A stretch of 64,000 bases of DNA, taken from positions 32,798,001 to 32,862,000 of the forward strand of contig NC_043012.1 in NCBI RefSeq assembly GCF_006345805.1. The letters run 5' to 3'. The stretch's first letter is position 1; every line of letters starts with the position of its first letter. Position numbers and translations under genes: made by a program. The notes below the pieces were generated by a model. The model was not told the DNA's origin, ran no database searches, and was given only the letters and a program-made list of their open reading frames with translations. Positions 40,037-53,213 of this stretch are shown here, piece by piece. Source of the stretch: Octopus sinensis. Its lineage: Eukaryota.

Positions 40037-40259
40037 TTAACCCTTTCGCTACCAATCCGGCTGAAACCGGCTCTGAGAACAAATGTCTTGTTTACATAAG
40101 TTTTGAACTAAAATCTTCCACCAAACCTTAGTCACAATTTATGTTTCTAAAACCAGCTGAATGATAACTAAGTTATTTTACTAAATTCTTTATTATATTT
40201 AAAGTAATTGAAAGAAACACAGAGCATCTCAAAATAAATACATTTAACGAAAGGGTTAA
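40037..40259 (+). mobile_element. TTAA-flanked MITE family 2
   Basis: ttaa-ccctttcgctac...ttaacgaaaggg-ttaa; shared ccggctgaaaccggctctg core. Confidence 0.8.
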
Positions 40260-40403
40260 ACTCTAAAATTTGAATTGAAATTTGTTTTCCTTACGTATTA
40301 AGATTGTTACTTCTACTGGAAATTTTTAAGAGTTTACTTCTCTTTCAACTTGGTTCTAGTTTCCATTTTGTAACCTTCTAATTTTGTTTGTTTTGATTAA
40401 AAG

Positions 40404-40528
40404 GGCTGCTTTTTGCAACACATTCAAAATGAAACTGGTGCAAAAGTAACACTAAGAGGAAAGGGATCAAATTTTATAGAATCTACATCAGGCCGTGAAG
40501 CTTTTGAGCCTATGCATATCCATCTCCA
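40404..40528 (+). CDS. KHDC4: KHDC4 exon G (125 nt), KH2 core completing the GxxG loop (GPA|G)
   Basis: AAG acceptor after ttttgtttgttttgattaa, donor CA|gtaagt. [41 protein letters not shown]. Confidence 0.94.
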
Positions 40529-40983
40529 GTAAGTTCCATAATTATTTCTACTCTATTTTTTTGCTAATATCTTTATTTTCAGTGAAAATTGTTCTTTATA
40601 TAGAGTGAAGTATTTTTGATACCAAGAACTAAATCAATATCCATTTTGCACATCATTAGCTATGTGTTTGAAGTAGACTACAATGAATTGGTATGTGCTA
40701 TTGTTACCCTGGGGTTGGCATAAAATCTTAAACATTGAGGGAAATAGGAAATGAGAGATATAACATGTATAACATATTTAACTTTTCCATGAGAATTCAT
40801 GATATTAGTCATGTAGAAAACGTCAGTTGGGATGAAAACTATTTTTCTCTCCCTGAAATCCTACATGTTCAATGACCTTTGTAAATGTTTATTTGAAATT
40901 TGGTTTTTAAGAGAGTAGATTGTTTCATTTATATATTTGACTAAATGCATGTTTTATTTTTCATTTTTTTTCTGTTTATTTAG

Positions 40984-41044
40984 ACATGCAAATATTATGG
41001 GACTGCAACAGGCCAAACAGCTTGCAGAAAATCTCATACAAACG
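40984..41044 (+). CDS. KHDC4: KHDC4 exon H (61 nt)
   Basis: T-rich tract then tag, donor ACG|gtaagt. (Q)HANIMGLQQAKQLAENLIQT resembles [20 protein letters not shown]. Confidence 0.92.
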
Positions 41045-42442
41045 GTAAGTTTGCTTTCATAATCCCACACACAGCATACATTGACATTTTCCCATAATTC
41101 TTCCAATTATTACTCTTTGCTTCCTATTCTGTCCACAAAACTTTCTTGTACACTGAAATATCTATTTTTAAGAAAATTTTATCAAAAACTTTAATAAATA
41201 ATCTACATATTTAAGAAAAAAAGTATTTTTTTCTTCCTCTCTTCTTGCTTCTCAGGACTCAAACTTTATAAATTTTTTTTCCTTTTTCTAACATTGACAA
41301 TTTCTTGTGCATTTTATTTTTATTTTTTTATTTATTTAATTATTTATTTATTCTTTTGCCCTTTTCCAAATTTTAACAAAAATTTTTGTTCAACTTTCTA
41401 AGCCAGTTCTGTATGGTTAAAAAAGAAACTTAAGTCTCACTGGACAGCTAAATGTATTTTATTAATTAATCAAATAATATTTTTCCTTGTTTTATATACT
41501 TAGTTATGTTTCAGAATTCTTTTACATATGGCCACTTTGAACTAAGTTGTCTTTTTCTATGTTTATTATTTTTTATGTGTGTGTGTTTTTTCTGGGGCTT
41601 TTTAAAAATGTTCTCCTCTTGGAAAGCACTGTACGGACAAAGCTATTTTGGTCAAATTCTACTTCAAATGATTTATTCCCCATAACATTTTTTGTCTTAT
41701 GGCATCATGTCTAAAAATAGAGGATTTACTTGCTGATGACTCCTTAAATACAAATCAGTTATCTGTTTTCCTTTCCCCTCCCCCTAACCTGTCTGCTGCA
41801 GATTTCATTGATCTAGATGGATTTCAATTGAAAATATATTAAATTTTTATTGGATTGATTTCTTAATACTTTGTGCTTCATTTTCAAAGCTGAATGTCTT
41901 GTGTTTAGATTGAAGCTTAAAAATTAGTTTAAAACCTTCTCCTTTAACAAATCTTTATTTTAGAGAACTAAAATAAATTTAATTTCTTTTTGAGTCTAAT
42001 TTTACTAAACTGTTTGGTTACTTTAATGGTACATTCTTTCTTTTCCAAGAGTTATTAAGATATTGTTCTACCATTATTTCTGAGGTTTCAGTAGTCAGTA
42101 GCTGTGTAGTAAGATTATAGTTTTGTTGTCCCAAAGTTTTTAAATTCAAATCTTCCTATCACTGTCTATTCTTTGTACAAGTAACATTATGCTTGTGTTG
42201 TCAGCTTAGATGAAAAATTATCCCATTTGTAGTGAAGTTAGTGCAATTAAAAATGGCACTTAGTTATACATTTCTGGTGTCTGTTATAAATACCTTAATT
42301 TGATTTTTTGGTGTGTATGCTTTGAAAAGATGTAGGTAAAATACCTTCTTAAATGTATCTTTGAAATAACAAAATTAATGTGTCTGGTGTACAACATAAT
42401 ATATTTCAATTCATGATCTTGTAGTTTGTGATTTTTAACAGT

Positions 42443-42652
42443 ACTATAACATGGAGTAGTGTAGACTTGACTATAGCCTGGTGGAGTGGTGTAGACATTT
42501 ATACAGCCTGGTGGAGTTGTGTAGTCATTACTATAACCTGGTGGAGTGGTGTAGACATTCCTATAGCCTTGCGGAATGGTATAGTAGATATTATTATAGT
42601 ATGGTTAGAGTAGTGTAGACATTATAATAGCCTGGTGGAGTGGTGTAGACTT
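42443..42652. repeat. ~30-bp minisatellite (ctatagcctggtggagtggtgtagacatta), ~7 copies
   Basis: Direct inspection. Confidence 0.88.
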
Positions 42653-45600
42653 AGTGCTTATTAAATACTTTGTAGTATCTTTCATTCTAAGTTGAGCTCC
42701 AACATGGATTGACTTTACATTTCATCTCTTCAGCATCAATAGTACCAAAGTTATTTGATTTTATTTTCTTTCAATAGTTCAGGGTCTCGTTTCAACAGAT
42801 TAAAATCATTATTGTAATTAGTATAGAAAGTAGTGTGAAATGTTTTGATAGTTTACTTAAATGCAGTTTCAGTGTCTCTATGTTATCTTCAAGAAAAAGC
42901 AAACGTGTACGTGTGTGAAATACATTCAGGCTTATAAACAACCGTGTGTGTGTGTGTGTGTGTGTGTGTGCGCACACAAATTTCTTTCATAATATTAGGC
43001 CAGGGTTCAGTTATCTGTAGGCATTCTCCATGATGTTAAATTACACATCAAATTGTATAGAGAATTGGTTTTTACTTTCTTCTTCTGTTGAACCAGTCCA
43101 CTGTCTATAAACTATCAAATTATTATGCATTGGTTGGATTGAAGAGGGGCTAGAATAGAATATTGTTCTTCTCATAATTTACTCATTGCATAGGTACTGA
43201 TCTTTGTAAGTACATCAGTTTATTATATTTATGAGATAAGTTTGAATATTCTACCCAATTACTTCCAAAGTCTGCTGCACACCATCTTGCCAAAACTACA
43301 TTTTTAAATTGCTAAAAAAATCCATCTGGATAAATTTGGCAATGCTATGAAAAAGAAAAAAAAAGAAAAGCAAAAAAAAAATACAATATGTATAACATAA
43401 ATTCAAATTCCAGTTCAGTAGAATGCTTCTTATGAGAAATGAGTAGAATCTTTCGTTAAATACAAGACATTTTGCCATTTCCTCATTCTGAGAATTCTGC
43501 AGTAGTCTTTTTGTTTTTGTTTTTTTTTTTCTGTTTGTTTTTTTTTTTTAAATCTCTTTTTGCAAATATTGCATCATTGATTCTTTCACATAATTCTGGG
43601 GTTTCAAACTATGTTATCTTGTTTCTGTAGTTAAGTTGAAATCTTTAATCTTAAGAATGTTTCTTAAACGCAACATATCCTGTACCTCTGATCTCTGTTT
43701 TACCAACTCTGTCATTGTTTCTCATTATTAATATATAGCTTGCTATTTTTATTACCATTACATCAGGGTAGCAGTAAAAATTATTGCTCTGGTTGAGAAT
43801 AATTATCCATTTTATAGTTAATTAATCTTATTACAACTTTAAGTATGTCTTCAAAGGTGTTTTTCTACAGTAAATGCATTGCATTCAATCATAATGAACC
43901 AATGTTATTGTCCTCTTCAAGTTTTGAATATTAAAGCAAAATCGATATAAAAATAACAAAAAAACAAAACTAATATCTTTTTAATTATTTTAATAAATCT
44001 CAAGTTCTATTCAATCAAATTCTCTTTATATGTATATATATATATATATGTGTGTGTGTATATATATATAGAAATATATGTGTGTATGTATATATATATA
44101 TATATGTATAAATATATACTAATGTTTTTCCTTTTCTTTCAAGTTTTTGACAGGATTTGAATTTAAACTTTCTATCCAAGGAAAGTTTTCTAACTACTAC
44201 CTGATTTAATTCCCTTTATTATTTATTATTTTGATTTGACTATTTTGCCATTAATTAATCTATATATTTCAAATGTACTTAGTGGTTTGAAACATAGCTC
44301 CATGCTGTAAACTAATGTCAAGTGGCAATTATCGTTAACATTAACCAGAATTTTTTTTCCTACTTTTCCAACTCTCATGCTACAAATAACTGTTGTGATT
44401 TAAACTTCCAGGCCAGTTTGGTGCTGTTTATGTGGTCAATGAATTTAACAGCAGAGCTAGATCTAGGCTTTTACTCTATTTTGAAACATGCTGGTTCAAA
44501 TGTTTCTTGAACTGATAAGATATTCTGTTTTTATTATATCCAGAAAACAACTGCTGATATTATTTTATCTTCCTTTTTTTAATCAACATAATATATTTGA
44601 TAGAGGTTTTAAGAAATATTTCAACATGCTACATAAGTTAGCTGCCAATAGAATTGCCATGGGAGTATAATGGTTTCAATTTGAAGACCTCTGCATGGTG
44701 AAATATAATAGTTTAAAAAAATATTTGAATAATTTTCTTTCTTTCTATATCTGTGTGTATGTGTGTGTGTGTGTGAGTAAAGTTAGTTGCTTAGTTTCTT
44801 GAAGATCTTATTTCCTCATAATTCGAAAGGGCGAATAAAATGAACTACTAAAATTTTGTGTGGTTTTCTTAATATAATAGTTTTGCCTTAAATTTCATGT
44901 AACTATTTTTGGTCTGTTTGGAAGGTTATATAAATGGATGAGACTAATGTTTAAATACTGATGCTTCAGTATAGTATTTATGATAGGATTACCTATTAAT
45001 GTTGATGTAATTGATTAAAAATTTAGGACACTTTTGTGGGGGCTTTAAGAATTTTAACCTGGGCTCCAGTTATTAAAAATTTACTTTTTTTAATCTTTTA
45101 ATTTTTGTTAAATCTTCAATCCTCAGTAGGGTTGTTTTGATATTTTAATTCAGTATCATTACATTTTTTTATATCAACATTTTATAATGTTATTTTTTGG
45201 TTTAAATGTTCTTTGTTGAAATGTTTTTTTTTATTGCATACAAAATTAATTATTCTATAATGTATGTGTGTACCTTAAATAATCTTATATTTGGTGTTTT
45301 TTCTAAGTTAGATGTCAATGATCTTTTTTTTTTTATACTTTTATCAAAATAACATTTGTCTGTATCTTCCAACATAGTATCTGGGCTAACATTGAAATAG
45401 AATCCTTGAGTTTCTTAAAGACCTTTTGTTTAGATCAGAATATTTACCAAACAGTCCTTCGGACACACTCAGTTTTCCTGTGTGATTTAATTTAGATTCT
45501 TCTGTGACATTAATTTACCTTCAGTTTAGTTTGTGAGCAAAGCACCCACCTGCCTCATTGGGAAATCATTAATTTAAAATTTCTCAACTACAGAACATTT

Positions 45601-46580
45601 ACAATCTGTGTTAAATATTAAACCTTTTCCAACAGGATTGCTAGTGTTCTGACTTGGTTTGCCAATTATTATTTTTGCTTACCATACAGTTTTAGAGGTC
45701 AGAAGATTAGCTTGAAATTTGTTCTTTGGGCATGTGTTTTGTACTCACAAGAAAAAAGTACAAACAACTAAATGCAAATATATGCTAAAAGATTTTTCTA
45801 ATTTAGCAGAAACAGTAGTTGTAATTAGTTATTCATTGCATTATAATTAAGATATTTACTGTTAATGGATATGTAAATTATGAAATATAACTTTGCTTAG
45901 GTAAGAGGTCTATATGCATAAAAATATTGTTATTAAACTACTAAATAATCAGATGACATTTAAAACTTATATATTTATTGTTAAAATCCAAATAATTTGC
46001 CAATATTTCCACCTTGATTATTTCAATTTCTGATGCACAAGTTGTAAGAAAATTTACCAATTTAATATATTATATTTCTTAATTGAGTCTGAAAATTTAT
46101 TAGCACTCAATCTGATAACTTTATATAAGATTTCTAAAACATCTGATTTGAGCTACTGCTCTTTCATACAAAAACAGAAAAAAGAAATGTTAAAATTATT
46201 TTAAAAGGAACACTTTCCTTGGAGTAAACATTTCCAAACATAATATTGGTTCCTAAAATCTATCAGGGTTTTGTTAATGCTTTGATCTGTTCATGAATTG
46301 TTCTGTGTCACTGGAATAATTAGCTAAACAAGAGGAAGAGCTAAAACATTGTTTGGCAATTTCTCACATATATATAGCTATTATTAATTTCAATCTATAT
46401 TACTGTTAGTATTATTTATTATTATTATTATTAATTGATGTAGTAGTAGTAGTATTATGATGTTATTTCTCCCGCTACTTAACTGCTAATGATTCAGGCA
46501 CAACTTGAGGGATCAGGTGTTGTTGTCATCCATCAAAACGGGCTGCAAGATAACCAGTCCGATGCATTATTTTGTTCTAG

Positions 46581-46680
46581 GTTCAGCAAGACTACGCCCA
46601 GTTTCAGCAGGCCCTGGCTGCCATACCCGCATCCATGAGTCCTGGGACAGCCACCTTGTTGGCTGGCTTACAGCAGCAGA
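46581..46680 (+). CDS. KHDC4: KHDC4 exon I (100 nt, ends phase 1)
   Basis: Acceptor ttttgttctag, donor CAGA|gtaagt. [33 protein letters not shown]; phase 0 fits exon H and it aligns to VHAEYSRF. Confidence 0.88.
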
Positions 46681-46761
46681 GTAAGTTTTTCTTCTAGCTC
46701 GTAGTACAGCATTTTTGTATCCATGTCACTCAATTTGACCTTTCTTCCCTGTTCTTTGCAG

Positions 46762-46799
46762 CATTACTCTTGTCTCCACCTGCCTGCCCTGCAATTTAA
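46762..46799 (+). CDS. KHDC4: Candidate short alternative terminal exon coding (T)LLLSPPACPAI-stop
   Basis: 81-nt gtaagt...tttgacctttcttccctgttctttgcag intron directly after exon I; in phase; TAA at 46797-46799. No transcript evidence. Confidence 0.5.
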
Positions 46800-47097
46800 G
46801 CTATATTTTTTTTTTACATTAAAATTTGGCTGATAAATTGCTGATAGTTCAGAAAACAATATATGTCGATATATTTGTATGTGGGTATCTCTGTATGTAG
46901 TCTTTTTTTTTTTTTCTCTCTGGGTAATAAAAAGAAAAATGCATACATATATGCACACACAAATTTATATTTCTAGATACACATACACAATACACAAGTA
47001 TATCTACGCACAGATTGTGTGTATAGTCTACATGTATTTATTGTGTGTATATTACATGGACAGTATATATGTGTATTTGTGTGTGTATGTTGTATAA

Positions 47098-47422
47098 ATG
47101 TATGCATGCACACACCTATCGTGTGTAAATGATTACATTATCACTTTGTGTATCTATGTATTTGTGTTCATATATGTGTATACATGTGTGTGTATGTATG
47201 TGTATATATATTATAATGTAATATATATATATATATATTATATATATATATATATATATATTATATATGCATATGTGTATGTGTATATATATATATATTA
47301 TATATGCATATGTATATATGCATATGCATATATATATATATACACACATGTATATATATGCATATATATATATACACATGTATGTATATATATATACACA
47401 TGTATATATTTGCATATATATA

Positions 47423-47473
<51 letters not shown>

Positions 47474-47900
47474 ATATACATGTATATATATACATGTATA
47501 TATATACATGTATATATATACATGTATATATATACATGTATATATATATGCATATATATATATGTATATATATGCATATATATACATGCATATATATACA
47601 TGCATATATATACATGTATATATATGCATGTATATATATGCATGTATATATATGCATATATATATATATACATGTATATATATGCATGTATATATATGCA
47701 TATATATATATATATACATGTATATACATGCATATATATATACACATGCATATATATGTATATACGCATGCATAAATATATATGTATATATATACACACA
47801 TAGTTATTTAGATATGTATACATACATCAACATATGTGTGTGTATGTATGTGTGTGTGTATACATATGTATATACATGCATAATTGTGTATGTATGTGTG
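47098..47900. repeat. Compound (AT)n array punctuated by self-complementary ACATGT/ATGCAT units
   Basis: Mostly alternating purine-pyrimidine sequence over ~800 bp. Confidence 0.95.
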
Positions 47901-50900
47901 TGTATGGGTTTTTCCATATGTCTGTGTGTGTTTAACATATTTACAATCATCTTATGATCTCTATAGTATACTAATTGATTCTTTCTCTCGCTCTTTCTGT
48001 ACATTCAGATGGGGGGATATTTGGGGGACATACAGCCAGAAGTATAATTTATGCACAAATTTTTATTATTCCCAAAATTATCAATCTATCTTCCTTTCCT
48101 GTGTTTTAAAATGTTCCTACTTTTTGTGTGCTTTTTTTCATTTTTGTTTATTATTATTATTATTACTTTTTCTAAAGCAAACAAAACATTAGTTTAAAAT
48201 CATTGTTTGTGCCAAGCAATATATTTTTTTTTTCTTCACAGGTACTAATAAGCTTTTGTTTCTAGTTTGCAGAATTGTTCTTGAATTCAACATAGCATAT
48301 GTCTGAAATATTCTTCTGCAATCTCCATCCCTTATATTTTGTTCCAAAATAATTTCTCAGCTAAAGTTGTGCAACAAAGTTTGATAGATTTTAATATTTA
48401 CCTGATGTCTTCCAAATTTGCCAGAATTGTTTTCCAACATTCTGCAATCGGTTGTTTATTCTTTGAAATAACGACTGAGTGTATATCACCGTTCTTTATA
48501 AACTCTTCTACTATTACCACTGTAGATTTGAAATCTTGAAAACTTTGTCTTTATTGCCGTAAATTATTAAATAACTGAAATGAATGCTAAGATATTGTAC
48601 TTGTTTGAACTTTGAGAAATCACAGAAGTTCAATGAATAAATAACACAATATATTCTATCATAATTGATAGAATTCTTTAGCATTCTCTAGTCATCAAAT
48701 TGTTAAATGTACTACACTTTGTACATATACTGTATATAACATACACACATCAATTTAGGCATGTTCAAAATGGAATATTTAAAGTCTCAAACCTTTATCG
48801 CTTGCTTTTTTTCTTTGTTTAATGCCCAGTTAGTTAAAATATTTGTTAATATTTAGATTAAAATTAGCAAGTCTTAATTTTTAAATATTATTTCCCAATT
48901 CTGGTAGTCTATTTTTTTCCCCTTTTCTCTCATTACACTGTTTAATGTATATTCTGTTGTGTCTGGGGAGAGTCATTTCAAAAACGAAATACTGTACAAT
49001 GTAGTTATTAATTTATCTCGCTTTCTGTTAATTTCTTCAATTCTAGCACGTATTTTAACCAACTCTGCTTCTATAAAATAAGTCTATTTCAAATTTACCA
49101 CATTTTAGCCAGAAACTGTTCCAAGCATGTACTAAATAAAGTAGATAATTTTTATGGTTGGTAAATTATTATTTAATTACTATTTAACTCTGCATTTAGC
49201 TTAGATAGCTTTTTAAAAATATTCTCAATTTTGTTTGATTAAAGACTATTACTATGTAATTTACATATTAAATATAAAATAGACTTATACGATTGTTGAA
49301 ATGTGAATTATTATTATAGATCTTGAAATAAAATTAAAGCAGCTAGAGACATGATGATTAGGATAAGTAATAGGAATTAATGATAGCAATCGTTATTGAT
49401 TATATTTGTATATATATTTGTTTTGTACTGTTCAATATAATTATTTATATTTCAACTAAACTCAAATCTAATGCTGTTAATGAAGATGTTCTTATTCTCA
49501 ATGTAAATCTAAACTGAAAGCTAAACAAACTGGAAATGTTTCACTTTTTTAACAGTTTATGTAATCTACAATCTTTGATTATATTTTACAAAATTCAAAG
49601 ATAAGTAGATATTTGAAAATTAGTATTTCCACTAAGTGTTTCCATTTGTATTTGTGACGAGATAGTTTTTGATAAGTGTTTCAGTTAGAGATATAATTGA
49701 AGAAAAATGAAATTGTTGATGTTTAAAAATGACCAGAAACAAATTTTTTTAATACTTAGAATTACTGATTTTATAATCAAAACCTGGTCATTTAAAGCAG
49801 TAAAAAAAATGTATATAAAAGTCTACTTTTAATAAATATCATCTTCATTATTTAGTATTAAATTAAATGAACCCTGTGGGCTCTGAATTCATATACCATT
49901 ATCTCAGTAATAAATAAAATAAGTACTAATTATTCAAATTTATATTATTATACTTAGTACCAATATTTGAGATCAGTATTAAGGAATTAATTATCACCCT
50001 ATACATAGTTTTATTAAGTTATACTTTGATAAATTTAAATGTATTTAGATATGACAATATAAAACCAATTCAAAGAGCTAGCTTGTGTAACTAAGAATTT
50101 GTTAATATTGTCTTTGTAGGCTTTGCATAAATGTTTGTGAAGTTTTTTTTTACACTTGGCATGTTATATAAAGGAAATGTCTCTCCTCCCCCACTCCTTT
50201 TATTGATGCTATATGGATGACTGAAAATAATCTCTGCTTTTTTACTCAAGTCTACTTTAAGTACGACGATTTGTCTTTTCAGTAAGTCAAATTGTCAAAT
50301 TCTACATATAACTTCCACTAATAAAATCCTTGGAATCATTTAGAACTTTGACAGCTTTGTAATATATTTACCTGAAGATAATATTGATGGTTTTAGATTT
50401 GGGCAGATTGGACAGATCTATCAGAGTCCATTACTAGTTGTGCTTGTTCTTACAGTATGGCTCGTATTTGTAATATTATTTATGGATTAAAAGCCTTCTG
50501 CCACAGGTATAGATTACCAACTATCTGGTAACACATATCTACAGCTGCACATATTATATGCACCTAACACATATGGAAAATTGTATAACGAAGCTTCTTT
50601 GTGTAAAAGAAAAAAAAATTGAAAAAATATGTGTTCCAGATTAAATTGGAATATACTACTCCTTTGTACACATAACGATTCTTTGAAAATGTCTATTCTG
50701 AGACATTTTTTTGAAATAGCATATGAAAATTGATTTGAGACTCTAAATACCATTTGAGTGTTTACTCTTTAGAATATTTAGTGTTATATTCTGTTAATTT
50801 CTCTTAATGTTGTTCAATTTTGCTTGTGTGTATTTGTGGTGAAATGGGATGTTTATGTGTTACTTTGCTAGGATTTAATATTGTTCATATTTTGCAGCAT

Positions 50901-52864
50901 CCCTTTTGGTTTCAAAAAGTTTACTTCAGAATTTTTATGGCTAATTTTTTTTTTCTTTTTTCTTTTAATTTTTAGTCAACTTGTGACTATTTACTATTTA
51001 CTAACCCAGTAACAGTTTTAACAATTGATTGGATATTATCAATTTTAAAAAAATTTTATTTTATTATTGCTTGTTTCTCTCTTTCTCTTTACCTTTCCCT
51101 CTCTCTTTCTCTCTTTCTCACTTTGCTGCATCTTGAATAATTTATATCCCAGCTTAGATATAGGGTCAACAAGAGATTCTTGACTCACTTGGACCTACTA
51201 CTACTGACCACTAACTGCTCATTGTTATAATTCAAACATTTTTTTTAAACTTCCACAAAACTGCTTTAAATGATGTATCTTTTTCCTTCCTGTTTGCTTA
51301 AGTTAATGTTTCATTGCCTGTCAGTATATATGTTTCTTTTGTTATTTATTATTTTTTTTTGTACATTTGGCAGACATTGTTTAAAATTATTTGATTCTGT
51401 ATTGTTGAGATATTGTGGTGTGTAAACATTGTGTTTGTTGTTTGTGCAACAATCTCCCTTGTAGTATTGATAGACCTCCTCCTCCTGTAAGGGACGGGGA
51501 ATACATGGGTAGTGGTGAATGCAAAAATAAACACAAAAGGATCATATTAAGCTGATGTAAATGATTTTCCAGCAGTCATATGTGCCGTATTCACAACTGA
51601 CTGGATGATATTCTACACCAAAACATCATTATATAGTGTTATTGGATATCTTTAGATACGTAATTTGATATAATGTAAAAAAAGATAAGGTTATTAATAA
51701 TGTTCATCTCTTGAGGTTGCTATGTTCTAGGTTTTATTTCAAACATTTTCAATCATAAATTGAAGTATAGCAATCATCAACATCTGTTTATTAATTATTT
51801 ATGTATGATAGAGTAATCATGTATAATGAGATATACAGCACCTGCTTATTAGCTGTTTATGTACGGTAGAATAGCATAACTGCTCTGACATAATTGAGTT
51901 ACTATTGATTTTATGTATTATTTCATATTTCATGCTCATTTGCTTGAAAATAATCCAATATTTTGTTATTAATGAAATAACAGCTTTATTTATTATTTTA
52001 TAAATTATTATATGTGTGAGAGGTGGAGTTGTTGTCATCAAATTCATTTTTTATGGGTCGATAACCAGTTTGCAGAATAATTTAAAATTTCTATACATGC
52101 TTGAGTGTGTCTTCTGATTTTGATTGTTTTGTTATGCTGATATAGAAAAACATACCAAATCCATAATCCTTAATCAAATTCTCTATTTTGGGGATCCAAT
52201 TGTTAACATCCATTGATTTTCCATATTGGTATTACATTTTGAAGAGTTTCTCCTCAAATCCAACAATGGTCTCTACATTTAAAGAACCCTTACCTCAATG
52301 TCCTTTTTTGCGTTTTGTTTTTCTTGCTCTCGATTTTAAATAATTCTATATATGTCATCTTTAAATTCATAAAATTGTATTTAATGTGCAAAAAGAAAAA
52401 CCAGAAATTACATTTTTCTTCACTTATTAATTACATTTATATTTTTTATTACATTTTATAGATCAGATATATCTATGTATATGGATATTAAAAAAATTCA
52501 TTTCTAATCCCCTGCTAGTTAGCCTATGAGCTTACTGGATTTTATTTGATTTGGAAATACATGTTGTATGTTTGCAAGCATAATGAATATAGGCATTGAT
52601 TTTCCAATTTTCCATAATCTTAATTTGGTGCATATATTTCTCTTAGCTTTTTAACTAATTATTTTTGAGAACACCATTTAATGTTTTATATCATAAACTA
52701 ATCACCTGCTTTGTTAAAAAAAAAAGTACGTCTTTGATTAATGTGTGTGTGTGGGGGGGGATTTAATATTGATTGAAGTTGGACTTCAAATTTATACACA
52801 CACAAACATACCTTCCTATATAGATTATATGTATATCAAGTATTTGTGTGTAGGTATGTATATA

Positions 52865-52895
<31 letters not shown>

Positions 52896-52960
52896 GTGTG
52901 TGTGTGTGTATATATATATGTGTGTGTGTGTATATATATATGTGTGTGTATATATATGTG

Positions 52961-52992
<32 letters not shown>

Positions 52993-52998
<6 letters not shown>

Positions 52999-53213
52999 GG
53001 GGTGTTGAAAACTTCCTGGCTTTGGCTAAAAGAAAATAGAGGAGGATCAGTTAATTATGACTTTTATTCAACATATTCTCCTCTCAGATTCACACACTTA
53101 TTGCCATGGTCCTTCAGTTTTTGTAAACCCTGTAAAAGAACTCGGAATGTTGGGCCTCCAACCAGGCCTTACACGATACCCTTAAAGTCAGGAACTTTTC
53201 AGTACCCCTTGTA
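52993..53213 (-). mobile_element. Mariner-derived MITE, TA-flanked
   Basis: TIRs tatgagggggtgttgaaaacttcctggcttt and aaagtcaggaacttttcagtaccccttgta. The minus strand retains the transposase C-terminus FLQGLQKLKDHGNKCVNLRGEYVE*. Confidence 0.85.

Noticed and set aside
42443-42652. CRISPR-like or Trp-rich coding repeat
   Set aside because: Contiguous ~30-bp units with no unique spacers, in a eukaryotic intron with no cas genes; it is a minisatellite.
47098-47957. Stack of long overlapping ORFs (up to 235 aa; Y/I/M/H/C-rich) on both strands
   Set aside because: Artefact of (AT)n-type repeats lacking stop codons. The same applies to ORFs at 2831-3196, 52745-53008, 54803-55078 and 59296-59675.
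51465-51555. Longer frame IDRPPPPVRDGEYMGSGECKNKHKRIILS as the Pro-rich next exon
   Set aside because: It needs phase 2, but exon I ends in phase 1, and it stops after 29 codons.
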